Below are positions 1 to 9,960 of a stretch of DNA of 64,000 nucleotides, piece after piece. Position 1 is the stretch's first letter. Every line of letters begins with the position of its first letter. The stretch is from Spirochaetota bacterium (GTDB taxonomy: Bacteria; Spirochaetota; UBA12135; COTS27): assembly GCA_013426755.1 (NCBI GenBank), contig AP019861.1, positions 1,254,270-1,318,269 on the forward strand. Reading direction: 5' to 3'. A program made the translations under genes and the position numbers. The notes beneath the pieces were generated by a model that saw only the letters and a program-made list of their open reading frames with translations, made no database searches and was not told the origin of the DNA.

Positions 1-177
1 CCTCAGTTAAGATTAAATTAAGTAAATAACTAAATAAATGCAGGTGATACTATGACAGTATTATAATATTATAACATTGTTACCCCGTTTTAACAAATAG
101 TGATTTATATTGATTTATAAAAGAGGGGAGAATAATAATCGGTTAAACTTTAAGGGTAAAGGATTGACTGCTGGGGA

Positions 178-3100
178 TTAATTGCAGGCAGCGGTTGGAT
201 TGCGTTGGCGGTTTGGACAGACAACTGTACGTAATGAGGGGTATTGTCCTGATTGGAAGTTCCAAATCGTATCAAGCCAATTGACGTAGACTTCATTAGC
301 GCCGCTGGGAACAGGTGCGGCGACTTGCAGTTGAGGCGTTGTTCTAGCAGTCCCTGCGGCGCTAGAATCTTTAGTAGAAGTGATGCTATCCCAGTAAGAA
401 TGAATCACACTAGTCGATAAATTTTCTCTATTATCATTACTTCCGATCAAACCTCCGATGTTATTGATGACGTTTCCTGTTACGGTGCCTATAGCATAAG
501 AATTGATGATTTCTCCAAAAGTGGTCATTCCAACCAATCCACCTGTAGCATACATACCATCAACATTTCCTGCTGCGTAAGAGTTGCTGATATGGCCGTA
601 GAAGTTTCTTCCGACTAATCCGCCTACGAAGAATATAGGACTTTCTGGTGGGGTAGTTGTTTTTTGAATATCACCTGTCGCATAGGCAATATCAATAGTT
701 CCCTCGTTAAATCCGACCAATCCGCCTACTCTAAGATCACCCTCAACAGTTCCGTTTGCATAGGATTTACTAATGGTTCTATGTCGGGTATTCCATCCGA
801 CGAGTCCTCCTAAGTAATTAGAGCCTACGACATTACCTGTTGCGTAAGATAAAGAGACAGAACCACCTCTGCCTACTAATCCACCTAAGAAATTTGTACC
901 TGAAATATGTCCCTTAGCGTAAGAACGGCTAATACTTCCAGACAAATCAACTCCAGCTTCTCCTTCTCCGACTAACCCACCTAAGTAATTGCGTCCTGTA
1001 ACAGACCCTGTGGCATGAGAGTCTTCAATTGTTCCCACATTTAGACCCACGAGACCACCTAAGACGTGAGTTCCTGTAATAGATCCCGTAGCATAAGAGG
1101 AGGATTCAATTATTCCTTCATTCTCTCCGACAAGACCGCCTAGCCGATCAGACCCTGTGACGGACCCTGTTGCGTAAGAGGTTTTGATGATTCCTTCGTT
1201 CTGTCCGACTAGTCCGCCTGAGGGTGTTTCTCCCCCTGATGTCCCTCCTGAGACATTTCCTGTCGCATAAGAGTTCTCAATAATAAAGTTAGTGCTCTCT
1301 CTAATATTATGACTTGCACCGAGTAATCCTCCTACAAAAGAATTACCAGTAACGTTTAATGTGACATAAGAATCTCTAATACTGTTAGAGAGAATAGCCG
1401 TATGATTTATGATACTTCCGATAAGTCCGCCAATGTATACACCTCCGCTAACGAGTCCTGTCCCTACTAGATGATTATTAGAAAGGTTAATGACCGAGCT
1501 AGCAAAGATTGCAGCTGGTCCTCCGACAGAACCGATGAAGCCACCGACATGATCGCGTCCGCTAACGGTAGCATTGGTTATCTGTGTATTGGAGATAATG
1601 GTATGACCGGTTAAAGATCCGATGAGTGCACCGACGCGATTTTGTCCTGTGATATTGACATTGCTTAAAACACAATTTTTAATAGTAGCATTCTCGACAA
1701 CACCAAAGAAACCTAGGTTATCAGTGTCAATTTTATCAATATTAATATTTGAAAGGGTATGATTACTGCAGTCTAAGGCACCTGAGAATGCATTCTCCGT
1801 GCGAGTGCTGATGTAAGGGAATTCTGTGAGAATTCCGCCTGCTGTGAGGTCTAGATCGCGTGTTATTCTATAGTCTGCTGTTTTGTAATTACTTTGATTG
1901 TTATTGATAAAAAAAGAAATTGATATTAATTTAAGTTCTTTATCTATCAGATAAGGATTATTTATGGTTCCCTCGCCGTCGATGACACATAAGGGGTAGC
2001 GAATATTGACTACGAAATTATCGGTAAGAACATCGTCGTTGTCACTTATCGTTAAGATTCTTGTAATGATAATACTAGGGGTACCGCTTTCATCAGTAAA
2101 AATGCCATCATTGTAATTAAATGCCCTAGTAATTGGAGAGGACGACCAGGAGCCTACTCGATTAGCGTTTAATACTTCGATAGTCACTGGGTCTAGGAAA
2201 GCGCAGTTCTCGGTTAAAGAAAGCGTTTCACCAGAGCTGATCGTCACAGGACTACCCACAATATTAGCGCTAGTTATTCTCAGTTCTACTAATTCCTCAA
2301 CAAATAAAACTTTAATAATATTAGTCGTTGTCTGTCCGTTAGGTGTCGTGATGATGATAGGATCCAGTGATATTTCAAGAGCATTAGTGCCTTCGGGATT
2401 ATTTAAAGGAAAGGTGATACTGGAACTTGGCGGTGTAGTCGCCGTTTCAATGGTATAGTTTTTCAAAGTGGGGTCTTGGATAAAAACACTTCCTGTGCCT
2501 GCTGCGCCTTTAATGTTTGTGAAGCCTGAGATGAGCACTTCGCCTTCAGATATAATGATATTACTTGGCTGCGTTTTACCAGAAACAATGATGCCAGCAA
2601 ACTCGGCTGTAATGTGTGCCTTCTCTAATGGGGAATTGTATTGAAAAAAATCAAGGACAATATTGTAAGTTTCGCTATTAGTGGGATTATTTTCTTCACT
2701 GATTTTTAATTTGGTATGAATGACGGTTGTGGCAGTGGTTCTTTCGCCATCTGGATCGGTTATGGATATTGTAGAGGGCTCTGCTTTAAAGCCTCTCGGG
2801 ACTTCTACCTCGATAGAACCGCTCCCATCGACGCTATTAGTCTGTCTAAAAATAAGATTAGGATAATCAAAACTCACACTAATCGGCAGTCCATCGAATT
2901 GCCCTGAAACATATTTTTTTACGTTCTGTCCTGAGAACCAATCTGCAACTTTCGGAGTGTCAACACGCACCTTTAGTGTATAAGATACAGCAGGTGAATC
3001 ATCAAACGCGACCATAACCGTATGGGTAAAATCATACGCTAAGACAAAGTCTGTGGTTTGGATTGTGATATTCGTAGGGGTGCTACGGATCCCTAGTTGC

Positions 3101-3369
3101 TGGCGAATGTTTAGTGTCCACGAAGGAGGAGCAACTCCATCTACAGAATTTGTCAATCCTGAAATGATCACAGTTCTACTGATGGGGTCTGATTCGTCGA
3201 TACGGATTGTGAGGTCATCATAATGGGCTGTGCTTTTCTGGAGAACATCGATGAACTCATTTATATTGTCTTGTGATGGTGAAAGCTGGCTACTCCCAAT
3301 ACAGCCTAGTAAGCTACTTATGACTATTAGGAAGAGAATATTAAATCTCTTAATGCGGTAGAGGGTCAT
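178..3369 (-). CDS. GLUG-motif repeat surface lipoprotein (family member 1)
   Basis: 1063-aa ORF. The N-terminus has a signal peptide with a lipobox (SSLLGC). A lead-in (GTINNPYLI ... DYRITRDLDL ... FSGALDCSNHTLSNINI) is followed by more than 20 tandem ~20-aa units of the form GGLVG..I..SYATG.V.G (GLUG motif). It ends YWD...YPSLR plus the tail VVCPNRQRNPTAACN. The N-terminal ~220 aa resembles the module repeated in the neighbouring gene. Confidence 0.8.
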   Translation of the reverse strand: MTLYRIKRFNILFLIVISSLLGCIGSSQLSPSQDNINEFIDVLQKSTAHYDDLTIRIDESDPISRTVIISGLTNSVDGVAPPSWTLNIRQQLGIRSTPTNITIQTTDFVLAYDFTHTVMVAFDDSPAVSYTLKVRVDTPKVADWFSGQNVKKYVSGQFDGLPISVSFDYPNLIFRQTNSVDGSGSIEVEVPRGFKAEPSTISITDPDGERTTATTVIHTKLKISEENNPTNSETYNIVLDFFQYNSPLEKAHITAEFAGIIVSGKTQPSNIIISEGEVLISGFTNIKGAAGTGSVFIQDPTLKNYTIETATTPPSSSITFPLNNPEGTNALEISLDPIIITTPNGQTTTNIIKVLFVEELVELRITSANIVGSPVTISSGETLSLTENCAFLDPVTIEVLNANRVGSWSSSPITRAFNYNDGIFTDESGTPSIIITRILTISDNDDVLTDNFVVNIRYPLCVIDGEGTINNPYLIDKELKLISISFFINNNQSNYKTADYRITRDLDLTAGGILTEFPYISTRTENAFSGALDCSNHTLSNINIDKIDTDNLGFFGVVENATIKNCVLSNVNITGQNRVGALIGSLTGHTIISNTQITNATVSGRDHVGGFIGSVGGPAAIFASSVINLSNNHLVGTGLVSGGVYIGGLIGSIINHTAILSNSIRDSYVTLNVTGNSFVGGLLGASHNIRESTNFIIENSYATGNVSGGTSGGETPSGGLVGQNEGIIKTSYATGSVTGSDRLGGLVGENEGIIESSSYATGSITGTHVLGGLVGLNVGTIEDSHATGSVTGRNYLGGLVGEGEAGVDLSGSISRSYAKGHISGTNFLGGLVGRGGSVSLSYATGNVVGSNYLGGLVGWNTRHRTISKSYANGTVEGDLRVGGLVGFNEGTIDIAYATGDIQKTTTPPESPIFFVGGLVGRNFYGHISNSYAAGNVDGMYATGGLVGMTTFGEIINSYAIGTVTGNVINNIGGLIGSNDNRENLSTSVIHSYWDSITSTKDSSAAGTARTTPQLQVAAPVPSGANEVYVNWLDTIWNFQSGQYPSLRTVVCPNRQRNPTAACN

Positions 3370-3532
3370 TTTTAGCTACGAGCTCCTATAATAATAAGTT
3401 CACTTACGGATGCTATTTTGTGTTATGGATTGCTATTTTATGCTATTAAGCACCTGCTCTATTTAATAATGGCAACTCTTCTAATTATAAGCTCTCAAAT
3501 AATTACTAATAATAATTAATAATCTAAAATTA

Positions 3533-6500
3533 TCAATTACAAGCAGCAGCAGGGTTTGCCTGGCGGTTAGAACAGACCACATTTCGTAGACGCGGGTAAG
3601 CAGCCGCTTGGAATTCCCAGATCATAGCGTCATCCCAGTTTCCATAAATAGCTTCGCCATTAATAATTGTCCCTTTAACAGACTGCAGCTCGGAGCCTGT
3701 AAGTCCTCTTATGTTAGCAGTAATGAGTTCTGTCTGCTCACTAGAAGCTTCTCTATCAGACCCGACTGCTTTAGCAGTAGCAACTGCCCCTTTTACAGTA
3801 AAAGTGGTTTCTGTATTGTAGTAAGAGTCTGTTATACCTTGACCGTCAGGACTGACTAAATTTCCTGGCGCGTGCATGAAAGCATTATACCCTATGAACA
3901 AACCGCCTGCTACTGTCGCTATAACAGTGCTGCGTGTGTAGGAATTGACAACAGTACTGCTAGAAAAATTAAATCCAACTAGACCGCCTACGAGTTGTTC
4001 GCCTGTAACATTACCTGTTGCGTAGGAGTCAGTAATAGACGAGGATTCCCTGTTCCATCCGACCAGGCCGCCAATTGATTGAAACCCAGAGGCATCTCCT
4101 GTTGCGTAAGACTCACTAATGCTAGCACCATCGTAATTGACGCCAACGAGTCCGCCTACATTCCCACTATTAGCATTTGTTCCCGCTGTTGCTGATATGG
4201 CCATGAGTCCTGTTACAGTCCCTGTTGCATAAGATTTTGCGATAGTACTGCCATCATTATATCCGACTAAGCCGCCGACAAGAGAATTTCCTTCTACATG
4301 ACCCGTTGCATAGGAATTGGTAACAGTAGAATTATGAATATTTCGTCCAACTAAGCCGCCTGCGTTAGCATTTGCTGAATTAGAAATAAACCTAGTCACA
4401 TTTCCTGTGGCGTAGGAATTGATAATAGTAGAGTTATTGGTATTTTGACCGACTAGACCACCAATAGTGTGAAACCCGGTTACAGTCCCTCCTGCATGGG
4501 AATCTCGAATAGTCACATGTCCATAATTATTTCCAACCAGGCCACCTCCATTGTACTCAGTTGAGGTGACAGTGGTCATAGCAGAAGAGTTTGTAACCAT
4601 TACGTTAGAAAAAGTTTCTCCGATCAAACCACCTACATCTTCAAAACCAAGAACAGTTCCCGCTGCGCGAGAATTAGTCACTGTTCCGCCATGAACTCTT
4701 CCAACCAGTGTCCCTACATTAGTAAGGCCTAGGATATCGACGTTCGTTAAAATACAATCTTTAATGGTAGCCTCTCTGACGGAACCTAAGAGTCCTACGC
4801 TATTGATAGTTCTATGGATATAGAGATTTGAGATTGTGTTGGCTGCGCAGTCAAATGTCCCTGTGAAAGGGCTTTCTTCTAATCCGATGATAGGGAAGCC
4901 TTCTCTAATAGCGCTCCCGTCCCAGGGCAAACCTACTGAGCCGAGGTCAATGTCCGTAGTAATCCGATAATGCCTACTTCCATAAACAGTATTACTTGTA
5001 TTGACGAGATAGGAGACGAGTTCTAGTTCAGGGGCATTATCTATGCGGTAAGGATCAGATTCAGTACCAGTACCTGAGCCAGCAGGGAAGCTTTCACATG
5101 GCGGGAATTGCAAATTGATCGTGAAGCTAGCTGTGATCTGCCCGGTGGCAGTTTCTACGGTGACTAGCTGCGGCAAAACAAAATTCACTTCACCACCACT
5201 AGGTGCATGTCCCTCTCTGTGATAATAGCGTGGGAGCGACTGAATGCTTCCCGCTGAAACAACACTTCCTGTGCTAGCCATGACAGGAGTTATCGTTGGC
5301 GTAGCGAGGAGGGTACATGGCTCGGAGATTTCAATTGAACCTCCATTGCCAATTGTTACAGGGCTACCTGCAATGTTGGCGCCAGTGACCATGAGTTCAA
5401 CTCCTGTTGGATTTATTAACTCAGCAAGGTCTACAATAATGACGTCATAATTTTTAGTATTGGTGCTCTCACCAGTACTAGGGAATGGGTCTTCAGAGAT
5501 TGTGATAGTACCTGCTTTAACATTATTGAGTGCTCGTGTTCCCAAATCGTCTGGGTCTGTTAACATATCATCACCACTTAGCGAGAAACCGGTAGGAAGT
5601 GTGCCGCTACCTCTTGTGAGAACAACCTCTCCGTTAGGAACATTGGTAAGGGTCCCCGTAATTCTAATATATCTTCCATCAAATCCTAGTGTAGCCGCCA
5701 CAGCGTTATAGGTCACTGATTGAAAATAACTGTTAAACCTAGCCAATGTGAACCAGTCTGCAATAGGCGCTCCTGCTACGTGTGTTTTAAGGGTATAGGC
5801 TTCGGCACTTCCTCCGTCAAAAGCGACCATTACCGTATTCGTAAAATTTTCAGGCGAGATAAGCGCACTTGCTGTGAGGGGAATACTTGTGGGTGTGGTT
5901 GTGATGCCTTGTGATTGGTCGATGGCGATTGTCCACGTGGGCGGTGTTCCTGTTGAGATGTTCGTCAATCCTGTGATGAGCAGTGTTTTTAGTGTCTGGT
6001 CTGAGCTATCGGCACTTACTTTGAAATTTGGATTGCTGGTTTTAAGAACGCTATTACTGGCGTCAATGTGGGAGACGAGTCTAAATAAGATATGTTGCAG
6101 CAATACAATATCAGCAATCGTATACGTTTGACTGTTGTCAGGATTGGCTGTTTCACGAATGGTGATTGTATTTGCTGTGAGCGAAGCGCTTGTGATGGTG
6201 GCTGTATCAAGACCTGCGCCGTCTGGATCGGGAAGAGTGATGGTCTCTTGAGTGGCTGAGAACCCCGTAGGTAGCGACTGAATAGCAATTGATCCCGCTC
6301 CGTTTATTAGATTAGTGAGTCCTGTGAATGTGAGGGTCCCTCCTGTGAGCGTTACCGTAGCTGATGCACTACCTAAGGTAGCGGAAATATAGGTACTTAC
6401 GCTACTTGTGGTGATCCAATCACTTACGAGCGCCCCTGTTACTTGTGTTTTGAGGGTATAGGCTTCGGCACTTCCTCCGTCAAAAGCGACCATTACCGTA

Positions 6501-8224
6501 TTCGTGAAATTTTCAGGCGAGATGAGCGCACTTGCTGTGAGGGGAATACTTGTGGGTGTGGTTGTGATGCCTTGTGATTGGTCGATGGCGATTGTCCACG
6601 TGGGCGGTGTTCCTGTTGAGATGTTCGTCAGTCCTGAGATGAGCAGTGTTTTTAGTGTCTGGTCTGAGCTATCGGCACTTACTTTGAAATTTGGATTGCT
6701 GGTTTTAAGAACGCTATTACTAGTGTCAATGTGGGAAACAAGTCTAAATAGGATATGCTGCAGCAATACAATATCAGCAATGGTATACGTTTGACTGTTA
6801 TCAGGATTGGCTGTTTCACGAATGGTGATTGTATTTGCTGTGAGCGAAGCGCTTGTGATGGTGGCTGTATCAAGACCTACGCCGTCTGGATCGGGAAGAG
6901 TGATAGTCTCTTGAGTGGCTGAGAACCCCGTAGGTAACGACTGAATAGCAATTGAGCCCGATCCGTTCATTAGATTAGTGAGTCCTGTGAATGTGAGGGT
7001 CCCTCCTGTGAGCGTTATTGTAGCAGTGGTGCTACCGAATGTAGCGGAAACATAGGTACTTACGCTAGTTGTGGTGATCCAATCACTTACGGGCGCCCCT
7101 GTTACTTGTGTTTTGAGGGTATAGGCTTCGGCACTTCCTCCGTCAAAAGCGACCATTACCGTATTCGTGAAATTTTCAGGCGAGATGAGCGCACTTGCTG
7201 TGAGGGGAATACTTGTGGGTGTGGTTGTGATGCCTTGTGATTGGTCGATGGCGATTGTCCACGTGGGCGGTGTTCCTGTTGAGATGTTCGTCAGTCCTGA
7301 GATGAGCAGTGTTTTTTGCGTCTGGTCTGAGCTGTCAATATTGACATTGAAGTTTGGATTGCTGGTTTTAAGAACGCTATTACTGGTATCGATATGGGAA
7401 ATCAGGCGTATAAGGTTATCTGGTAGAAGTTCAATGTCAGCAATCGTATACGTTTGACTGTTATCAGGATTGGCTGTTTCACGAATGGTGATTGTATTTG
7501 CTGTGAGCGAAGCGCTTGTGATAGTGGCTGCGGTAGTACTTGCTCCGTCTGGATCGGGAAGAGTGATGGTCTCTTGAGTGGCTGAGAACCCCGTAGGTAG
7601 CGACTGGATAGCAATTGATCCCGCTGTGTCCCTTAGATTGGTAAGTCCTGTGAAGGTAAGGGTATTTTCTGTGAGCGTTACCGTAGCTGACGTACTACCT
7701 AAGGTAGCAGAAATATAGGTACTTACGCTAGTTGCGGTGATCCAATCACTTACACTTGCGGCGTCGACGTAGGCGTTTAGGGTATAAATAACTGGACTGG
7801 CTGCTTCGGAGGTGACGGAGAGGGTTTCTGTGATCATTTCAGCAGAAATAACCGTTGTCGGTGTGAATGTAAGCTGTGTGGGTGTGGTTGTGAAACCTTG
7901 GTTTTGTGGAATGTCGATAGTCCACGTGGGTGCGGTTCCTGTGGCGGCATTTTTCAATCCAGAGACACGCAATGTAGTGAGCGTAGCATCGGTGGCATCG
8001 GCTTCAATGGTGAGTTCTGAATGAGTATTTTGAATGCTAGAAACCAGTTGTTCGAGCAAGTTAGTTGTTTCAGGTGGTGTTGTAGAGGGCTCTGTCCCGG
8101 TACAATTTGCAATGAAACCCAATACAAACATTCCCAGCACTGTTCGTGTGAGAACTGTTCGTGATTTTTTAATCCATTGTGGGCACAATTGACTTTTTGT
8201 TTTATAAGAATCATTTGAAAACAT
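3533..8224 (-). CDS. Giant GLUG-motif surface lipoprotein with four tandem ~221-aa modules (family member 2)
   Basis: 1563-aa ORF with a hydrophobic leader and a lipobox-like FIANC. Four consecutive ~221-aa modules follow (..ISGLTNISTGTPPTWTIAIDQSQG..AYTLKTQV..SDWIT..LTFTGLTNL..ITLPDPDG..ETANPDNSQTYTIADI..), three of them near-identical. Then come the lead-in (DPYRIDN...DIDL...FTGTFDCAANTISNLYI) and GLUG units. The tail is VVCSNRQANPAAACN. Confidence 0.8.
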   Translation of the reverse strand: MFSNDSYKTKSQLCPQWIKKSRTVLTRTVLGMFVLGFIANCTGTEPSTTPPETTNLLEQLVSSIQNTHSELTIEADATDATLTTLRVSGLKNAATGTAPTWTIDIPQNQGFTTTPTQLTFTPTTVISAEMITETLSVTSEAASPVIYTLNAYVDAASVSDWITATSVSTYISATLGSTSATVTLTENTLTFTGLTNLRDTAGSIAIQSLPTGFSATQETITLPDPDGASTTAATITSASLTANTITIRETANPDNSQTYTIADIELLPDNLIRLISHIDTSNSVLKTSNPNFNVNIDSSDQTQKTLLISGLTNISTGTPPTWTIAIDQSQGITTTPTSIPLTASALISPENFTNTVMVAFDGGSAEAYTLKTQVTGAPVSDWITTTSVSTYVSATFGSTTATITLTGGTLTFTGLTNLMNGSGSIAIQSLPTGFSATQETITLPDPDGVGLDTATITSASLTANTITIRETANPDNSQTYTIADIVLLQHILFRLVSHIDTSNSVLKTSNPNFKVSADSSDQTLKTLLISGLTNISTGTPPTWTIAIDQSQGITTTPTSIPLTASALISPENFTNTVMVAFDGGSAEAYTLKTQVTGALVSDWITTSSVSTYISATLGSASATVTLTGGTLTFTGLTNLINGAGSIAIQSLPTGFSATQETITLPDPDGAGLDTATITSASLTANTITIRETANPDNSQTYTIADIVLLQHILFRLVSHIDASNSVLKTSNPNFKVSADSSDQTLKTLLITGLTNISTGTPPTWTIAIDQSQGITTTPTSIPLTASALISPENFTNTVMVAFDGGSAEAYTLKTHVAGAPIADWFTLARFNSYFQSVTYNAVAATLGFDGRYIRITGTLTNVPNGEVVLTRGSGTLPTGFSLSGDDMLTDPDDLGTRALNNVKAGTITISEDPFPSTGESTNTKNYDVIIVDLAELINPTGVELMVTGANIAGSPVTIGNGGSIEISEPCTLLATPTITPVMASTGSVVSAGSIQSLPRYYHREGHAPSGGEVNFVLPQLVTVETATGQITASFTINLQFPPCESFPAGSGTGTESDPYRIDNAPELELVSYLVNTSNTVYGSRHYRITTDIDLGSVGLPWDGSAIREGFPIIGLEESPFTGTFDCAANTISNLYIHRTINSVGLLGSVREATIKDCILTNVDILGLTNVGTLVGRVHGGTVTNSRAAGTVLGFEDVGGLIGETFSNVMVTNSSAMTTVTSTEYNGGGLVGNNYGHVTIRDSHAGGTVTGFHTIGGLVGQNTNNSTIINSYATGNVTRFISNSANANAGGLVGRNIHNSTVTNSYATGHVEGNSLVGGLVGYNDGSTIAKSYATGTVTGLMAISATAGTNANSGNVGGLVGVNYDGASISESYATGDASGFQSIGGLVGWNRESSSITDSYATGNVTGEQLVGGLVGFNFSSSTVVNSYTRSTVIATVAGGLFIGYNAFMHAPGNLVSPDGQGITDSYYNTETTFTVKGAVATAKAVGSDREASSEQTELITANIRGLTGSELQSVKGTIINGEAIYGNWDDAMIWEFQAAAYPRLRNVVCSNRQANPAAACN
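5770..8050. repeat. Coding tandem repeat, period 663 bp (221 aa), about 3.5 copies
   Basis: The same ~150-nt string (gcgaccattaccgtattcgt.aaattttcaggcgagat.agcgcacttgctgtgagggg...) recurs at 5823, 6486 and 7149, exactly 663 bp apart. A diverged copy is phased at 7812. The antisense ORFs at 5874, 6504 and 7167 are near-identical shadows of it. Confidence 0.9.
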
Positions 8225-8328
8225 GGTTAATTTACTCCTATGTTCTTTAAAATTATAATCCTAGCAGGTTATGTTGTATTCAATGTTTAGTTTTCTCTTA
8301 TGCTATAAAATTGATTTACGCACAATTC

Positions 8329-8740
8329 CTATGTGCAGTCAATACTGCAGTCTCTATGTGCAATCAATACTGGCAGTCAAATCACAGCCAGTATATCATT
8401 GTAATATACAATGAACCGCACACAATCGCAATACAAAGCTAAATATGTACCATTAACTCCACATAAATGCGCATAACTGCACGCAAATGCTATATTTATA
8501 ACATATTATTAATAATACTATTAATACGTGAATTTGTCAAGTCATTTTAAACCTGTTAATAACAGGTATTTTATTCGTACACCTTATATTTAACATGCAG
8601 TTTACATTCAACATGCAGTTTTAACACGCAATTTTTAGGCAATCTCAGGCAATTTCAACGCATCACCGACAATTTCAATGAATTTCAATCCATCTCAGGC
8701 AATTTCAATCTATCCATTAGCAATGAATTGAAACTGAAGC
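8329..8740. repeat. Degenerate short direct repeats in an intergenic spacer
   Basis: ctatgtgca.tcaatactg.cagt occurs about 2.5 times at 8329-8390. Motifs of the type caatttcaa / aggcaat.tc are reiterated at 8590-8740. The repeats are imperfect. Confidence 0.45.
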
Positions 8741-8745
8741 AGAGG

Positions 8746-9663
8746 TTAGAATGTTTCTAGGAGTTCTGTTTGGAAGACTTTTTTGTCCTGTTCGATGGGA
8801 GAATTGTTTTCGAGCGGGGCATTTGGGTCTAATTGGTTGTTATCAATGATATCGGCGCGGATATAACGAAGTGTGCTATCCCGTTTGAGTTCTAGCAGGT
8901 TACCTTCTTTGGCGTACCAGAGGACATTTTTATGGGATAGGGTGTCGGGTTTGCCATATTTTTGGTGGAATCGCTCGAGTAGGGTATTGAATGAAAAATA
9001 AGCGGGTAGTGGTTTCAAGCGAATCATGTAAAGCAGTTGGTTTTTGTCGAAGAAGAATTGTGCGGTCTGGAAGTAATTATTGCCATAGGTTTCAATGAAA
9101 AAAATATTGGTGACGGGTGTGAAAAGCGGGTCGAAATCTCCTTTGAGCGTTAACCACGGGTACTGGCGACTTTTGATAAGATTTGTGACTTGGTCGTAGG
9201 GCATATTGAGATTGAAATCACGCCATCCTGCAATCGTTTTATCTTCAATATAAGGAATATCTCGAAATGAACTGTAAGCTTCACCGAGGTCGCCCCTGAA
9301 AAAATCAATCTCCGGCAATGATTTAGTATCGGCTTCGAATTGTCCTTCGAGCGCTTTGTTGATTCCTGAGAGTGATTCTTGTTGGGAAGTCGGAGTATTG
9401 GGGATATTGGGAATATTTGGAGTGTTGGGGGTATTTGGAGTGCTTTTTGGGGCGGGGGCTTCGGTAGTGGGGCTGGTTGGAGGAGAGGTGGACGGATTAT
9501 TGCCTTGGTTGTCTGCTTGACTGTTATTAGTGGGTGTGCCGCGTGTCCCGTAGAATGGGTCTACGGGCTGGCTGAACCCACTAGCGAGACAAAAGATTGC
9601 TGTCACCAGAATAAATGCTAGCAGAATCGTCAATAAGTTATCTTCTTTACGTTGTTGTGACAT
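8746..9663 (-). CDS. Hypothetical membrane-anchored or secreted protein with a Pro/Thr/Asn-rich linker
   Basis: 305-aa ORF. It has an N-terminal hydrophobic helix (LLTILLAFILVTAIFCLA), a low-complexity linker (TPNTPNTPNIPNIPNTP), and a ~200-aa C-terminal domain with no motif I recognise. Confidence 0.6.
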   Translation of the reverse strand: MSQQRKEDNLLTILLAFILVTAIFCLASGFSQPVDPFYGTRGTPTNNSQADNQGNNPSTSPPTSPTTEAPAPKSTPNTPNTPNIPNIPNTPTSQQESLSGINKALEGQFEADTKSLPEIDFFRGDLGEAYSSFRDIPYIEDKTIAGWRDFNLNMPYDQVTNLIKSRQYPWLTLKGDFDPLFTPVTNIFFIETYGNNYFQTAQFFFDKNQLLYMIRLKPLPAYFSFNTLLERFHQKYGKPDTLSHKNVLWYAKEGNLLELKRDSTLRYIRADIIDNNQLDPNAPLENNSPIEQDKKVFQTELLETF

Positions 9664-9960
9664 ATGATGCGGTAGAGGTTATCTTCTCTACGTTGTTGTG
9701 ATCTGATGTAGGCGAAATTGCAAGTAGGTTATAGGGCTATATTTTTTAGGGCTATATTCTCTACGGCGTTTTAACGTCGGTTGTTACTTATAAGGACTTT
9801 ATTTTTCTGATCGCTCAGTTTATGGTTGCTAATAGGTTACTGATCATAGTATCGTCATAAAGAGAAATTTTAGACAATTTTTTAAATAATCTTGAAATGT
9901 GGTGAATAATATTGATAGAGTTGTCCTAAAAACGAAAGCAATGAATGTGAGTCATGGAAG

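Noticed and set aside
2716-8214. Many 60-100-aa ORFs on both strands inside the two large GLUG genes (2716-2907, 3608-3859, 5244-5450, 5460-5711, 5720-5914, 5874-6131, 6016-6288, 6504-6794, 6679-6873, 7167-7457, 7402-7614, 7812-8024, 7954-8214).
   Set aside because: - They are fully nested in long, motif-supported ORFs.
- They recur with the 663-bp period of the host gene's repeat, so they are frame shadows.
- Their composition is low-complexity, with no motifs.
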